Source: Podarcis liolepis
Lineage: Eukaryota
Direction: 5' to 3' (one strand)
Assembly (NCBI GenBank): GCA_965112155.1
Contig: OZ218105.1
DNA length: 64,000 nucleotides
Below the pieces are notes generated by a model. It had not been told where the DNA came from. It worked only from the letters and a program-made list of their open reading frames with translations, and did not search any database. The translations under genes and the position numbers were made by a program. This document shows positions 12,513-24,515 of the stretch, piece after piece (the stretch's first letter is position 1; each line of letters opens with the position of its first letter).

Positions 12513-13271
12513 AGAATATGCTTCCTAATATTCAAAACAATGCTTGTAGGTTTTTAAAATGTAAATGGTTAATCCCTGTTCTTTCCATTTTTAAATAATA
12601 TGTTTTCTTTATGAAGGGAACGGGATAAATTTAAAATTAATGGAACTGATGCAAACCTCTGGTCCTGGAAATTTGCATCCTTGTCCCCTGTCTACTCTTA
12701 GCTCATAAGTGCTTCCCTCTGTCTGCCCGCCTTGTCACCTATAACCTATCCGAATTCAGAAAGCCTACTGAGCCTCAAGGATGGAGTGCCCTGGTAGGGA
12801 AAGACATGGGTGTTGCACCTGTCTACTACTTAGGCGCAATGATAATCTTTTTGCCCAAATGGGTTCCACATTCCATCCACACTTCTGTTCTTTTAAAGTC
12901 CTGTTTGGCTACATGCTTCAGAGCTGAATTTGCTTTGATAGTTTTTTTGTTTTGTTTTACAGTGGGAAAGGTATTAAAATTCTGTATAAAGTTGAGGGAT
13001 GAAAAAACGTTTTCCAGTTTCTGGTTGGAAAGGCGAGGGGAAGCTCTGATTTTAATGAGCTGGACTTTTCCAAATCAAATGATCAATGTGAGAGTAGCAT
13101 TAAATCATCTTTTAAAAGGTGGAAGTGAAGCAGAATGCCTTGGGAACCAATGTTGCTGCTGTCTGTTATCACTTAATTGCTGTGTGGTCATATTATGTAT
13201 TTCTTTGGGACATTTTCACCCTCTTCTTCAATCTAGGGATTCTAAGCGCAAATCTTTGTAAAGCTTTTTAA

Positions 13272-13277
13272 AATAAA
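13272..13277 (+). terminator. Candidate host polyadenylation signal of MBOAT1
   Basis: AATAAA preceded by TGTA (13257-13260), at the end of a unique AT-rich UTR-like tract. It is the first non-repeat AATAAA I see after the stop codon. Confidence 0.5.
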
Positions 13278-13864
13278 TATTTTTTTAAAAAAAATCCAAA
13301 GAGCATTTTTTAAATTATTATTTATTTGAGTATTTATACCCCATCCTTCCATTATAAGAACACTCAAGGTGGATCACAATGTATGAAAAATAATCGAAAA
13401 GGATTGTTTGGGTCAAGCTTTTATTTTTATGTATGATTCCTATGTATAATTTATGTTCATGTGTTTTTGTCTGGCTACAACCTCTTATTTGGCTGTCTTA
13501 TCAATAAATTTTATTTACTCAGCTAAATTTTGCTCAAGAGTACACTCACTGAAATCAGTGGACCAAACTTAGCCATGCTCATTAATTTCAGTGAGTCTAC
13601 TCTCAGCAATACTTAGTTGACTTCCCCACCGTGGCCTGGTCTATGCTTCCTTTCTGCTGCAGCTGCAGTCTGCCTTTGAACTCGCCAGTTCCATTTAGGT
13701 CTCCTGGCTATTTGCTGTTGATAGACAGCGAATTTATTTGATTTGTCAGATCCTTTTAAAAAGGGATCTATCTAAATGCCACAAGTTTAAAAAGCTTCCC
13801 TTTCAAAAATGTGACTTCTCACATATTGGGAAGAAGAGCAGGCTTAAAAATCGCATATAGTACT

Positions 13865-13882
13865 GGTGACATCTAGTGGCCA
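13865..13882 (-). promoter_or_regulatory. Candidate CTCF binding site
   Basis: Minus strand TGGCCACTAGATGTCACC closely fits the CTCF core consensus. Confidence 0.55.
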
Positions 13883-14662
13883 CTGCTATACACTTGTCCA
13901 ATCTATGTTTAGTTTTTGAGCTGATTTTAATTGTGTGAGAGGGCAGGGAACTGGCAGCCTTCCAGATGTTCAATGCAGGAACCTTTCATCAAACGCAGGG
14001 CTTGAACTCATGACCCAAGATTAAGAGTCTCATGCTCTGCTAACTGAGCTTCTATTGGGCCTGGTCTCCCATCATCCTTGGCCCACAGATTTCCCTGCCA
14101 TGGATAAAGGAAATGCTTCTGTTTTTGTGTGGTTGGGAAGCAACAGCAGCGACTCTGAGAAGGGTGTGGAAAAGCAGTAAAGGAACACAACTTTCTGCTT
14201 GTCAGCCATCAAATCCTATTGTCAAGAGTTTCTGCTCTTTTTTCCCCTTTGGATCGACAAATCTCAGGGGGAAAGACTGGATTTATCCCCAGGAGTTGCC
14301 AGTTGCTGACCCCTAAAACGAAATTGAAGGACTCAAAATCATTCTTGGCAAGGGGTAGTTTCAGGCTTCACCCTTTTACCCTGTTTGGATTTGAGCACCT
14401 TTCCAACACAGAAAGGTGAAAGCGTTTGGGGATTTTTAAGTTTGGAGAAAAAGGTAACTGAAGGCTGGGATGTGATATGATCTAGCTGAGATTCCTGCAT
14501 TTGGACTAGATGACTCTCAGGGTCCCTTCCAGCTCTAAAATTCTATGATTCTATGCTAGAAGTTCATAACATTATTAGCAGAGTCGGAAAAGAAGGGACG
14601 GAGAGAAACTTGTCTAGCTTTTGCTCTTGCTCTCACTTTGTGATACTGGCAGCACAATGCCA

Positions 14663-14825
14663 GAGGAACCTAGGAAATTGCCATTTACTGAGACAGCTGG
14701 TCTGTCTAGCCTAGTCTTGTCAACACTGGCAGCAGCTCTTCAAGTTTCCAGGCAGAGGTCAGCCCTACCTGGAAATGCCAGGGATTGAACCTCAGACCTT
14801 CTGCTTGCAAAGCCATATACTCTCT
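14663..14825 (-). mobile_element. Old tRNA-derived SINE with CR1-type tail
   Basis: Minus strand shows GCAGAAGGTCTGAGGTTCAATCCCTGGC (B box) and a degenerate TTCCTAGGTTCCT tail. Confidence 0.55.
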
Positions 14826-15142
14826 CTTATGGGTTGCATCCCTTTGCCTGGTTACCTTATGATGCATGAATGTGAAGATGTCTGAGTCTGTGTTACCTGC
14901 ATGAATTGAGAATGACCACCCAAAACATCAGAAAAGAGATTGCCCTGCTTATGAAGAAAGAGTTGACTTCTGCTGGGTAAACCTTTGCTATGTGCAAGGC
15001 AGAGTGTGTCCAATGCAGACCTTCACGTGAATGTTATCATCAAGCAATCTCATTCCAAAGTCTGGTCAAGGGAGAGGAGCATCTTCAGGTTCTGAGGTGG
15101 TGTGTAAAGGTAGGTTCCCTGTGCAGCTATCCATCTAGCAGT

Positions 15143-15289
15143 GGACAGCTTAGTTGGTTAGAGCATAATGCTGATAACACCAAGGACGCAGGTGTGGTCC
15201 CTGTATGGGACAGCTGTGTGTTCCTGCATTGCAGGGGGGGGGGGTTAGACTAGGGTCCCTTCCAACTTTACAATTCTATGATTCTATGA
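15143..15289 (+). mobile_element. SINE with tRNA-Ile-like head and CR1 tail
   Basis: AGCTTAGTTGGTTAGAGCATAATGCTGATAACACCAAGG head, then a CR1 3' end with ATTCTATGATTCTATG. Confidence 0.7.
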
Positions 15290-17168
15290 CCAGTCTTGGC
15301 TGTAGGAGATGAATTGGAGAAGAAAGGAAAGAATCCTAGGAGCTCTTCCAAGAGCTGGGACAGCAAGGAGAGAACTTGACACTTATCTGCCTTTCAGACC
15401 CTTCCATTGACAGGATGGTAAACAATGCTGAGTTTATGGGTGGAAACTCATCTCTGGAATGCTGTTTTGTTTTGTGCCCAAGGCTTGGTATATATAAAAC
15501 TGCAATGCAGTGTGTCCGTTCAGCAGGAGCCTGGGTGGGTGCCTGGAGGGGAGTGGCTCTCATACCATTTTTTGTTTTATTTGCAGTATTTATATAACAC
15601 AGTTCTCTGGGTGGCTTTCAAAGAAAATGGTGGCATGCAATTAAAAATACAATACCAGAAAATAACAATTTGCTGCATAATTGGGGTTTTTCCCCCAACC
15701 AAAGCAGAAAGGGAGACAACTGAAAATGTAAAGTGCACTATCATCAAAAGCAACATTGAAAGGTGAGCAAGACTTGTGGCAGGCACTCTGCAGCAGGGGT
15801 GCCACCATCAAAAGGGCCCTTTCCCTGGTCATCCTTTCCCTTATTTCACTTGGCAGAGGCACCCATTTGGTGGATTGGGGCCTGCTGAAGAAGACCTCCG
15901 GATACAGACGGGTACATGTAAGGTAAAGTGATCTTTTCAGTCTCCTTGTCATAATCTTGCTGACTGCAGCACAACTTTCTACAAGGTAGCCAGCTTTGAG
16001 TTAGGAATGGACGAATCTGTCAGTTCTCATTTGTCTCTGTTCCTCATTTTTCCTGTTTCATTTTCTCTGTATTTTTGCATGCGTTTGCAATTTTTTTAAA
16101 AGAAAAAAAATCCTCATGAAGGTGACTAATAAGTATAATAAGTGGTAGTGATGATTTGTAAAGACACTTTCCCCAACATAACTTTTTTTTGTACAGGTTT
16201 TTTGGTGGAGAATTGTACCACAATATTCAGAGAAGTGTGAATTTCATAAATAGCTACATTTTGGTTTGTGTATTGTTTTGGGAAGTGTGACTTAATGGAG
16301 GATCACACTGAAATATAAACCAAACTAAGTTTCTCTCCCATCCTTGGCTACAATTCCTGGAGTTTTCAAGGACCTCTTGTGATAACGGCAACTCCCAAAC
16401 TCTCTGAAGTTTACTTACCCCCCTCCCAACTCTGCATTAATTTATTGGGGCCAACTATGTGCATCCCTCCTCCTTCTTTAAAAAAAAAAAAGATTCCACC
16501 ATGTTTTGTTTTATCTCGGATCAGTCATGGTGAAGTAGAAATATTTGCTAGAATATTTTAAGATGTGAAACCACTGCTATGGTTTCAAGGAACTTTATAA
16601 TACACTCTGGGACATCTTCCAAAAATCCTTGTGTGTGGATAGAGATTTATTTTATGGGAAGTGATTATGATGTTGCTATGAGATTAAAACGGTGTCTCAG
16701 CAGCTACTTCAGATAAATGCTTGCTTCATCCTTGCTAAAACATTGCAGAAGAATGAATAGTAGCTGTTTTCCTAAAGAATAAAGCATATGGCTGAAAGCA
16801 ACTTGACATATTCTCCCCAAAGAGCATGGAGTGCAAAGAGCACAGCTGCCTGGAGGGTGGAATTGCTTTTGTTTCTCCCGTTGAGCTTTTTGTTGGAGAA
16901 CTTGGAACCATAATTGTTTGCTTATAATCAGCCTAATGGCTTGGATCATAAAATAGGTTAATGTGAGGAAGTTAACTGGAAGGAAAGTTTCCCAGCCTCT
17001 CAGTCAAATTTTGGGCGATTAACCTCTCCTATAGAAGCCCCCTTGTACCCCATCCCCCCTTGTTCAGGAGACCCTCCCAGATCTTCTAGATAAGTTTTTT
17101 TAAGGGGAGTGTGTGGGGTGAGGGGAGGAGATGGGAAGCTTTTCCTTCTGTGAACTTCCATCAGTTAG

Positions 17169-17380
17169 AATAAAAAAATTCCTTCCAATAGCACCTTAAA
17201 GACCAACTAAGTTAGTTCTTGGTATGAGCTTTCGTGTGCATGCACACTTCTTCAGATACACAGTGCATGCACACGAAAGCTCATACCAAGAACTAACTTA
17301 GTTGGTCTTTAAGGTGCTATTGGAAGGAATTTTTTTATTTTGACTATGGCAGACCAACACGGCTACCTATCTACTACTGG
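17169..17380. mobile_element. Penelope-like element remnant (inverted terminal-repeat structure)
   Basis: Perfect 77-bp inverted repeat (17169-17245 / 17263-17339) and 13-bp TSD ttccatcagttag (17156-17168, 17381-17393). The sequence resembles recalled squamate Penelope terminal repeats. Confidence 0.8.
17222..17259 (-). ncRNA. Minimal type I hammerhead ribozyme motif
   Basis: Minus strand GUAU-CUGAAGA-A-GUGUGCAUGCACAC-GAAA-GC-UC^AUAC: both catalytic core boxes, palindromic helix II and a 4-bp helix I. Confidence 0.75.
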
Positions 17381-20066
17381 TTCCATCAGTTAGGTTATTG
17401 TAGGAATTTACCGTGGTGCTAAGGAGGTTCTGCCAGCACATCCTGCCCTCTCTTCCCCCTGTGTGCTGTTCTATGGTTTCTCCAACCTACCCTGAGCCAA
17501 CAGGACCAGTGGCCAGAGATGATGGGAATTGTAGTCCTAAAACATCTGGAGGGCCGAGTTTGCCTATGCCTCCTGAGTGGGAGGGCAGCAGGCAACCCCT
17601 TTGTGCTAGTGTGCTTTGTGCTTGCTTCTGCTGGCAGGACTCATTAGCTGAACCCAGCCCAAAATGTGGCAACAGAGGTGGTTTTAGGGCAGCGCAACCA
17701 GTTCCCCCCTACGGGGCACCGAGCAGAGAGGGTAAGCACCTGCCCAGCTATGGGAAAGAGGCAAGAGGGCTCTGACAGGGTCCTAGAGTCCTCCCTCCTC
17801 CTTCCCAAAACCTAGTTAGCACTTGCCCAGCTTTGGGAAGGAGGTGGAGGTGCTCTGAGACCCTGCTAGAGCACTCACACCTTCTTCCCAAAGTGCAGCA
17901 CAGTACAAAGGATAGTGGGCAAATTTTGGCCTCGCTCAAGGCGCCATAGTAACAAGTTTGCCCCTGGCAGCAACCTACCTTTTTGTTGCATCATGGTATT
18001 TGTGAGGTGGGCTCAGAGATGCTGATTGCTGGTCTCTGTGGCATTGCTCTGTCGACCCAGCTGGATGTAAATATGGGCAGGCCCAAAGAAGAGTGCCATG
18101 GCGGCGATGGGCAGAGGACACACACAGACTCTGATGTTGCATTAAAGGCGGTCTGTGGGAGAGGAGAGCAAATCGACCCTAAGCATTACAGAGAAGGGCT
18201 TGTCTTGGAGAAAAGCAATGAGTTCCATTGCACAGTGTAAGACCTGCTGCATTGTCTTGTTGACATGCCCTTAGAAAGCATCAACTCCATTTAAACTCGA
18301 GCACCTTATTTCATATGTGAACGATCACCATAACGCTGAAATGTTGGAAGCAGGAAGGGAGAAATATATGGCCTACCAGTTCTTGTTGAACTTCAGGTTC
18401 TGTCAGCCACAGGCAGCATAGCCCGTGGCCAGGGCTGATGGGAGTTGTAGTCCAAAATATTTCTGTTGTCCAAAAACATTAGCCACCCCAAGGATTCTTA
18501 GGTTTATGTGACCTATTTATTGAGGGTTGTTCAACATCGCAACCGCGTCTATAAATCTGCTTTGCATCAGGCAGGACTCCTATGATCTTATACATGCATC
18601 CATTTCATACAGCCACGGCTCAATTAATGAACAGTCATCTTTTCAATCTCTGTAGAAATCCAGAAGCAGTTGACACTTGGGCTTCTGTCCTAGGTAGGCA
18701 CTGTGGTTATCTGCCAGGGGTGGGGTGGGGTTGAGGTAGCAGAACATTTCTGCTGCAATGATCAAATTTTCCTACTTTGTTTGAGATTTTATTTCCCAGT
18801 GGATTAACGTTTCAGGGCAGCATCGCAGGCGGAGGGCAAAATTCAATTAATTGAATATGAAATATTTATAACCCTGCTCTATATGTCTATCAGAGAAAGG
18901 TCCTTAATAAATCTTCTCATTAGAATGGACTAGTGACTCATGCCTCTCTGCTTCTGTAGTCGTTCAGAATTTAAATTCAATTAATCTGCTGTCCTCGTGA
19001 ATATGATTTAATTATTCGGAGGGGGGAAACCACTGCATTCGCAAGATAATGACACATAAGGAGAGGACAAAAACGGAATAGCCTCTTTTCCTTTTAACAA
19101 TGGTGGCTAATGCCCACCAGAACTGGTGGGGTTGTTAGGAGTCAGTGGGGATGCGGCCAATGAGCAGGTACGGCCTTGTTATTCTTGTTGTGTCTCCACT
19201 CTCCTCCCTTGAGAAGTTACTATGGAAACTTAAGGATTGGCCTCTAGGCCCAAGGTGCCCCAAACTGGCTTTAGATATAGTTTGCTTGCAATTCTCATCA
19301 ACACCAGTCAGCACGGCCATTGATCAGGAATTATAGGAGTTGTTGTACAACAACTGGAGGGCCCAACATTGGAGAAGGCTGCTCTACAGTAAAGATTCCA
19401 GCATGTGCCATGGGGGGGGGATATACTGTGCATTTGTATTACTGTTCAAGGGTGTGCAAAGACATTCGGAAATAAGGAACAGAGCCTGCAAACTCTGTTC
19501 CTTCTAAACCTTGTATGTGACACAGCTGCCCTGTTGTCGCTGGGTTGGCAACTTTTCTGTAGCTGTGTTTTTAACTGTAGCTTAGTGTGCAGGCACCAGC
19601 AGGTTATCAGGGCGGCCCACATTTTTCTAGCCAGTTGGCAACCCTGTTTATTGCCAGGTTGCTTCCCAGACTTTCTGTTTACTTCTATCCAGTGGCTTTT
19701 CTTGAGTTCAGCTGCCTTTTCCCATTCCTAGTATACCAGCCAGCTTATCCATTCAGTTTTGTTTTCATTACGCTGATGTCCTATGGTGTTTCAAATTGAG
19801 TGTAATGTTCCCTCCCCTCAGTTTTAGGCCCCTTTAAGGCACTTTTGCTCTGCCAACTCTGGTAAACTGGCGTGTGCTGTGAATCCAGAGAACAGTTTTA
19901 GCGAATGTGTAATGGCATGCAGTTAACTGCTTTTTAGGCCACATTCATACCATTCATGTAAAGCACTATGATACCACTTTAAACATCACCGGTTCCCCCA
20001 AAGAATTATGGGAGCTGTAGCATGGTTAGAAGTCCCCTGTTCTCCACCCAGAACTACCGTTTATAG

Positions 20067-20270
20067 CAGAGTTTTCCAAACCGTGTGTCGCGACACGTTA
20101 GTGTGTCGGCTGCAATGTGTAGGTGTGTCACGCAAACGCTCCCCATGCTCCTCACGGGACTGGAAAGGGGTTAGTTTAAACTGGTTTGCTAGTAAAACTG
20201 AATTACTGTGTTGCGAAATGATGCATGTCTAAAAAGTGTGCTGCCAACATGAGAAGTTTGGAAAGCTCTG
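20067..20270. mobile_element. hAT (Charlie-like) MITE nested in an older palindromic element
   Basis: 15-bp TIR cagagttttccaaac / gtttggaaagctctg; 8-bp TSD gtttatag/gtttacag. Confidence 0.85.
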
Positions 20271-22174
20271 GTTTACAGAGTGGTTTAACGATGGGTCCCC
20301 CTTTACGGAGAACTCCGAAAACTGTTAAGGGGAATAGTGGCTTCCTTACGACTCTCAACATCCTTAAACTACCGCTCCCAGAATTCTTTGGGAGAAGCCA
20401 TGATTGTTTAAAGTAGTACCATAGTGCTCTAATGTGGTCTTAGTCTGCTGTCGGTTTTAGCGTTCTCATCCATCACCTGCTTGGTTTCTGTGAATGTGTT
20501 AAAAAAAGCAACAACCAGCAAACTTTTTAGTTGACCCTGCTATCCTATGGCCCTGCCTGGGGTGGTATCCCAGGGGCCATAGGATGCTTCTGAACACTGT
20601 CTCTGAGGTGCTTTGACCTCTGAGAGGATCCAGTGTTATATTCTCCCACCCCAGTGCTGTGACACCTTCTGCAACCTGGACCCTCGCAATGCCAAGAGGT
20701 AGGGAGTGGACCAGGGAAGAAATGGAGCGTAAGGATCTATAACCTTCCCAATTCCCTGTCACACACCCAAACCACAAAATAAATCACACCAACTCTAAAG
20801 CTGGTTTTGTTTCAGCTGTCCCTACCCCTATCCGATAAGAGGTAAACAGTTTTAAAACCACTGGAAAAAGGACAGGAGAGCAAAACTGTTCCTCTGTCCC
20901 AATTTCTACCCTGTCTGCAAGATCCCAGAAGAATGTTGGAGGAGGATAAGGTGAATTAGCCATATTCAGTTCCCCTCCACTGCCCAATACTTGTAGCCTA
21001 AAATATTTTTTAATTATTTTGTGATGCTTAGCTGAGTTATAACAATATGGCTTTAACTGCTGTACATTTGTTGACTTTTAGATAGTTGTTTTGATTTTAT
21101 CTTATCTGTTTTTATGTTTCTTCTTCATTTCATGCATTTTATGCTTCTTCTTCATTTCATGCTTTTTATGCTATCTTGTGAGTGAGGATACGTATCCTGA
21201 AAGGTGGCCTATGAACACTTTAATAAACTGCTTAACATTTCTGGACCACCGATTTCTAAAATGAGGGCTAGAAGCTCTCATAACGACAAGTATGCTCATA
21301 ATCTGAGATGGCAAACTCTTCCGGATACATGAAATAAAGTGGTATTTTATGAAAAGCTATGGGTTTTGGCTGGAGAGTTGGGGAATTATCACAAATGGTT
21401 TCTGACGTTCAGAAGCCGTTAGAGATTATTATGGGCAATAGCATTTACAACATCCCCTCAGTCACGAATTCACTAGATACTATTTGGCAAGCTACTACCT
21501 CAGGCTTGCTCCTTTAGAGATTTGCCTTTATCAGACCACTGTAAAGATCAGTGAGAAAATGGCTTTCTTCAGATGACCTTCTAAACCATGGCTTTTCCTA
21601 TCATAATAAGAATGAGCCCTGTGTGAATCTTGGGCTTTCATGCTCCCCACCCCCGGCACTTTTGCTTCTGTTTTTTGATCAACTGCAGTTTAGAGTTACA
21701 GTACAGTCAAACCTTAAAGTGTGGTTTTAATCCTAAACAAGCCATCTTTATACTTTGTTGGTTTGAAGTTGGCTTGGTTTAAACAAATTATAGTTAAGAT
21801 TAGCCACAGTTTGCCAGATTTCAACAACACTGGCAGTTGGTATGCACAGATTACCAATACAGTATACTATTGAGCCCAATACAATGTGTATTAACTTATA
21901 ATGCCCTAAACAGCTTAGAAGCCAAAAACTGGAATACTTCCTATATCAGCCTGCTTATGTATGGAGATCTGTCTGCAGAGGAGGCCCTTCTTGTTGCCCT
22001 GTGGAACATCCCATCAGATGTCAAGGAATAAAACAACCATTTGACTTTTAGAAGGCAGCCCTGTTTAGGGAAGTTTTGAATATTTTATGTTTTATCATGT
22101 TTTTAATATTCTGTTGGGAGCTGCCTAAAGTGGCTGGGGAAACCCAGCCAGATGGGTGGGGTATAAATAATAAA

Positions 22175-22225
<51 letters not shown>

Positions 22226-22320
22226 GTGAAGGCTCTTGTACAGTGAAACACAATGGGGCCTCTTCTGAGTTGGTGCCCCATCTATGGAACTTCCTTTCCT
22301 TGGAAGTACAACTGGCACCT

Positions 22321-22774
22321 TAGAATCATAGAATAGAATCATAGAATCATAGAGTTGGAAGAGACCACAAGGGCCATCGAGTCCAACCCCCTGCCAAGCA
22401 GGAAACACCATCAGAGCACTCCTGACATATGGTTGTCAAGCCTCTGCTTAAAGACCTCCAAAGTAGGAGACTCCACCACACTCCTTGGCAGCAAATTCCA
22501 CTGTCGAACAGCTCTTACTGTCAGGAAGTTCTTCCTAATGTTTAGGTGGAATCTTCTTTCTTGTAGTTTGGATCCATTGCTCCGTGTCCGCTTCTCTGGA
22601 GCAGCAGAAAACAACCTTTCTCCCTCCTCTATGTGACATCCTTTTATATATTTGAACATGGCTATCATATCACCCCTTAACCTCCTCTTCTCCAGGCTAA
22701 ACATGCCCAGCTCCCTTAGCCGTTCCTCATAAAGCATCGTTTCCAGGCCTTTGACCATTTTGGTTGCCCTCCTC
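22321..22774 (-). mobile_element. CR1 LINE 3' fragment, same subfamily as 2705-3489
   Basis: Near-identical ORF2 C-terminal peptide and a (CATAGAAT)n tail on the + strand. Confidence 0.95.
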
Positions 22775-23178
22775 CTCCTTCAATACTTGGTTTCTGGCAC
22801 CAGTTCCCAATTTATCTCTTCAGCTGGACTTTCAGAAAATATTATTCTGACTGAGATCAGCTGCATTTTAAAAATTATGGTTGCATTTTAATATTGGTTT
22901 AATATTATTTCTTGCTTTGCTGTACTGATGTCTAGATGGTAAAGGGCCCAGTAATCATAACTGATGAAGGGCAGTTTGGACAACAAATGAATAAACTGTG
23001 AATAACTCAAATGCAGCAAAGAGGAGTAAGACCTTGTAAGTTGCCCCAAGATCATTAGAGGAAACATGGGACATAAATGTAATACAAAACAAATGCCCCA
23101 GGGTTAATCCCTGGCATTGAAAACAGGTGAGCCCTGGTGACCTCTGCTAAAAATTAAGCTCTGCAGACTCTTCACTTA

Positions 23179-23283
23179 CCATATTTACTTGAATGTAATG
23201 TGCCATTGAATCTGATGCACACCCTTATTTTCGTGATGTAATTTAGCAGAAAAAAGGTGCACATTACATTCTAGTAAATACGG
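23179..23283. mobile_element. Small Tc2/pogo-like MITE
   Basis: 25-bp TIR ccatatttacttgaatgtaatgtgc / gcacattacattctagtaaatacgg (2 mismatches); TA on the left. Confidence 0.75.
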
Positions 23284-24467
23284 CATTTATCCTTTGGTGG
23301 AGCTGTGGAAATAATTTATTCACTCTGACTACAGTGTTACCTGGTCTGCACTCTGCCAAGGTATTTTACAGGATGACATTTCTTTGGTATGAATCCTGAT
23401 GTTGCCTTCTCCTTTGGATGCTAAAAGGGAATCACCTCTAAACCATTTAGTGCTTTGATTTTCACATGCTGGCCTAATACTCATTACCTGCGAATTCTTT
23501 GAAACCAGAATGTTTCTAAGCAGCAGCTGAACCATCAGGGATGGTTGTGAATTGCCTTCTTTTATTTTACATTATTCTCTCTCTCTCCTTCCTAACATTA
23601 GGCTGAAAATGAAAATACCTCTTCAACCCTAGTATTATTACCCCTATAGATGGCACCTTTAATGTGTACTATTCATTGTCATAATAGCTGCACCTGTGTG
23701 GAGCAAGCATACTGGAACTGCAGCAGCTGTGGACTGTAATTGCAAAGCATTATTTTCTGTTTCTCTCTGAATGTGTGTGCATGTGTGTGTGTGTGTGCAC
23801 ACGCACACACACACACACATGGTTGCACTGCTGTGAAGATCCATTTATAATTATTCCTTCCGTAGGGCTCCCCATAACTATGATTACATGGTATGTAGGG
23901 CCAATGAAAAGGCGTGGAATTAGGGTTGCCAACTGACCAGGACAAGATCACAGACTGCATGCTAAAGATGCAGATAAAAAGCTGGCCACTCTGTAAAGAA
24001 TGATTTGCTCTGCTGATCAGTTACTTTTAAGCAGGTCAGCAAGCGGTATCAGAAATGTTTAATTTGTTAGTTTGTTTCCTGTAATTTGTTTCTTCTCCTT
24101 CATCATTGCACACAGCCCAGTTCCTCCAGGCTCTGCTTCCTCTTCCTTTTCTGTGACTTACTTCCAAGAAAGGCCCTGATTAAAAAAAAAAAAAAAACTG
24201 CATTGCCCCACCTCCTCTCTTCTGCCAGGTCCTTAGACTCATGCCACTCCACAGCTCTTCAGTTACTTGGCTCACCATCCCAACAAAATGGCCCCCTTCT
24301 CTAATCCCCAGCCCTGGCTCTCCCTCCAGGCTCAGATGAAGTTAACACCTCTGGTGAACAAAAGAGGGTAGGCAATTTTGCTCACATATAAAGTCATCCT
24401 TACGTCCTCCTTCTCTGCAGGCTATGGAGCTAAACTTCTACTTCTTCTACACCTTCTGCATTTTTAA

Positions 24468-24515
<48 letters not shown>

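Noticed and set aside
13990-14052. tRNA-Lys gene on the minus strand
   Set aside because: The stems are degenerate and it matches the SINE head at 3671, so it is a SINE remnant or pseudo-tRNA.
17169-17339. miRNA precursor
   Set aside because: A perfect stem, a TSD and Penelope-like sequence point to a retroelement inversion rather than an evolved pre-miRNA.
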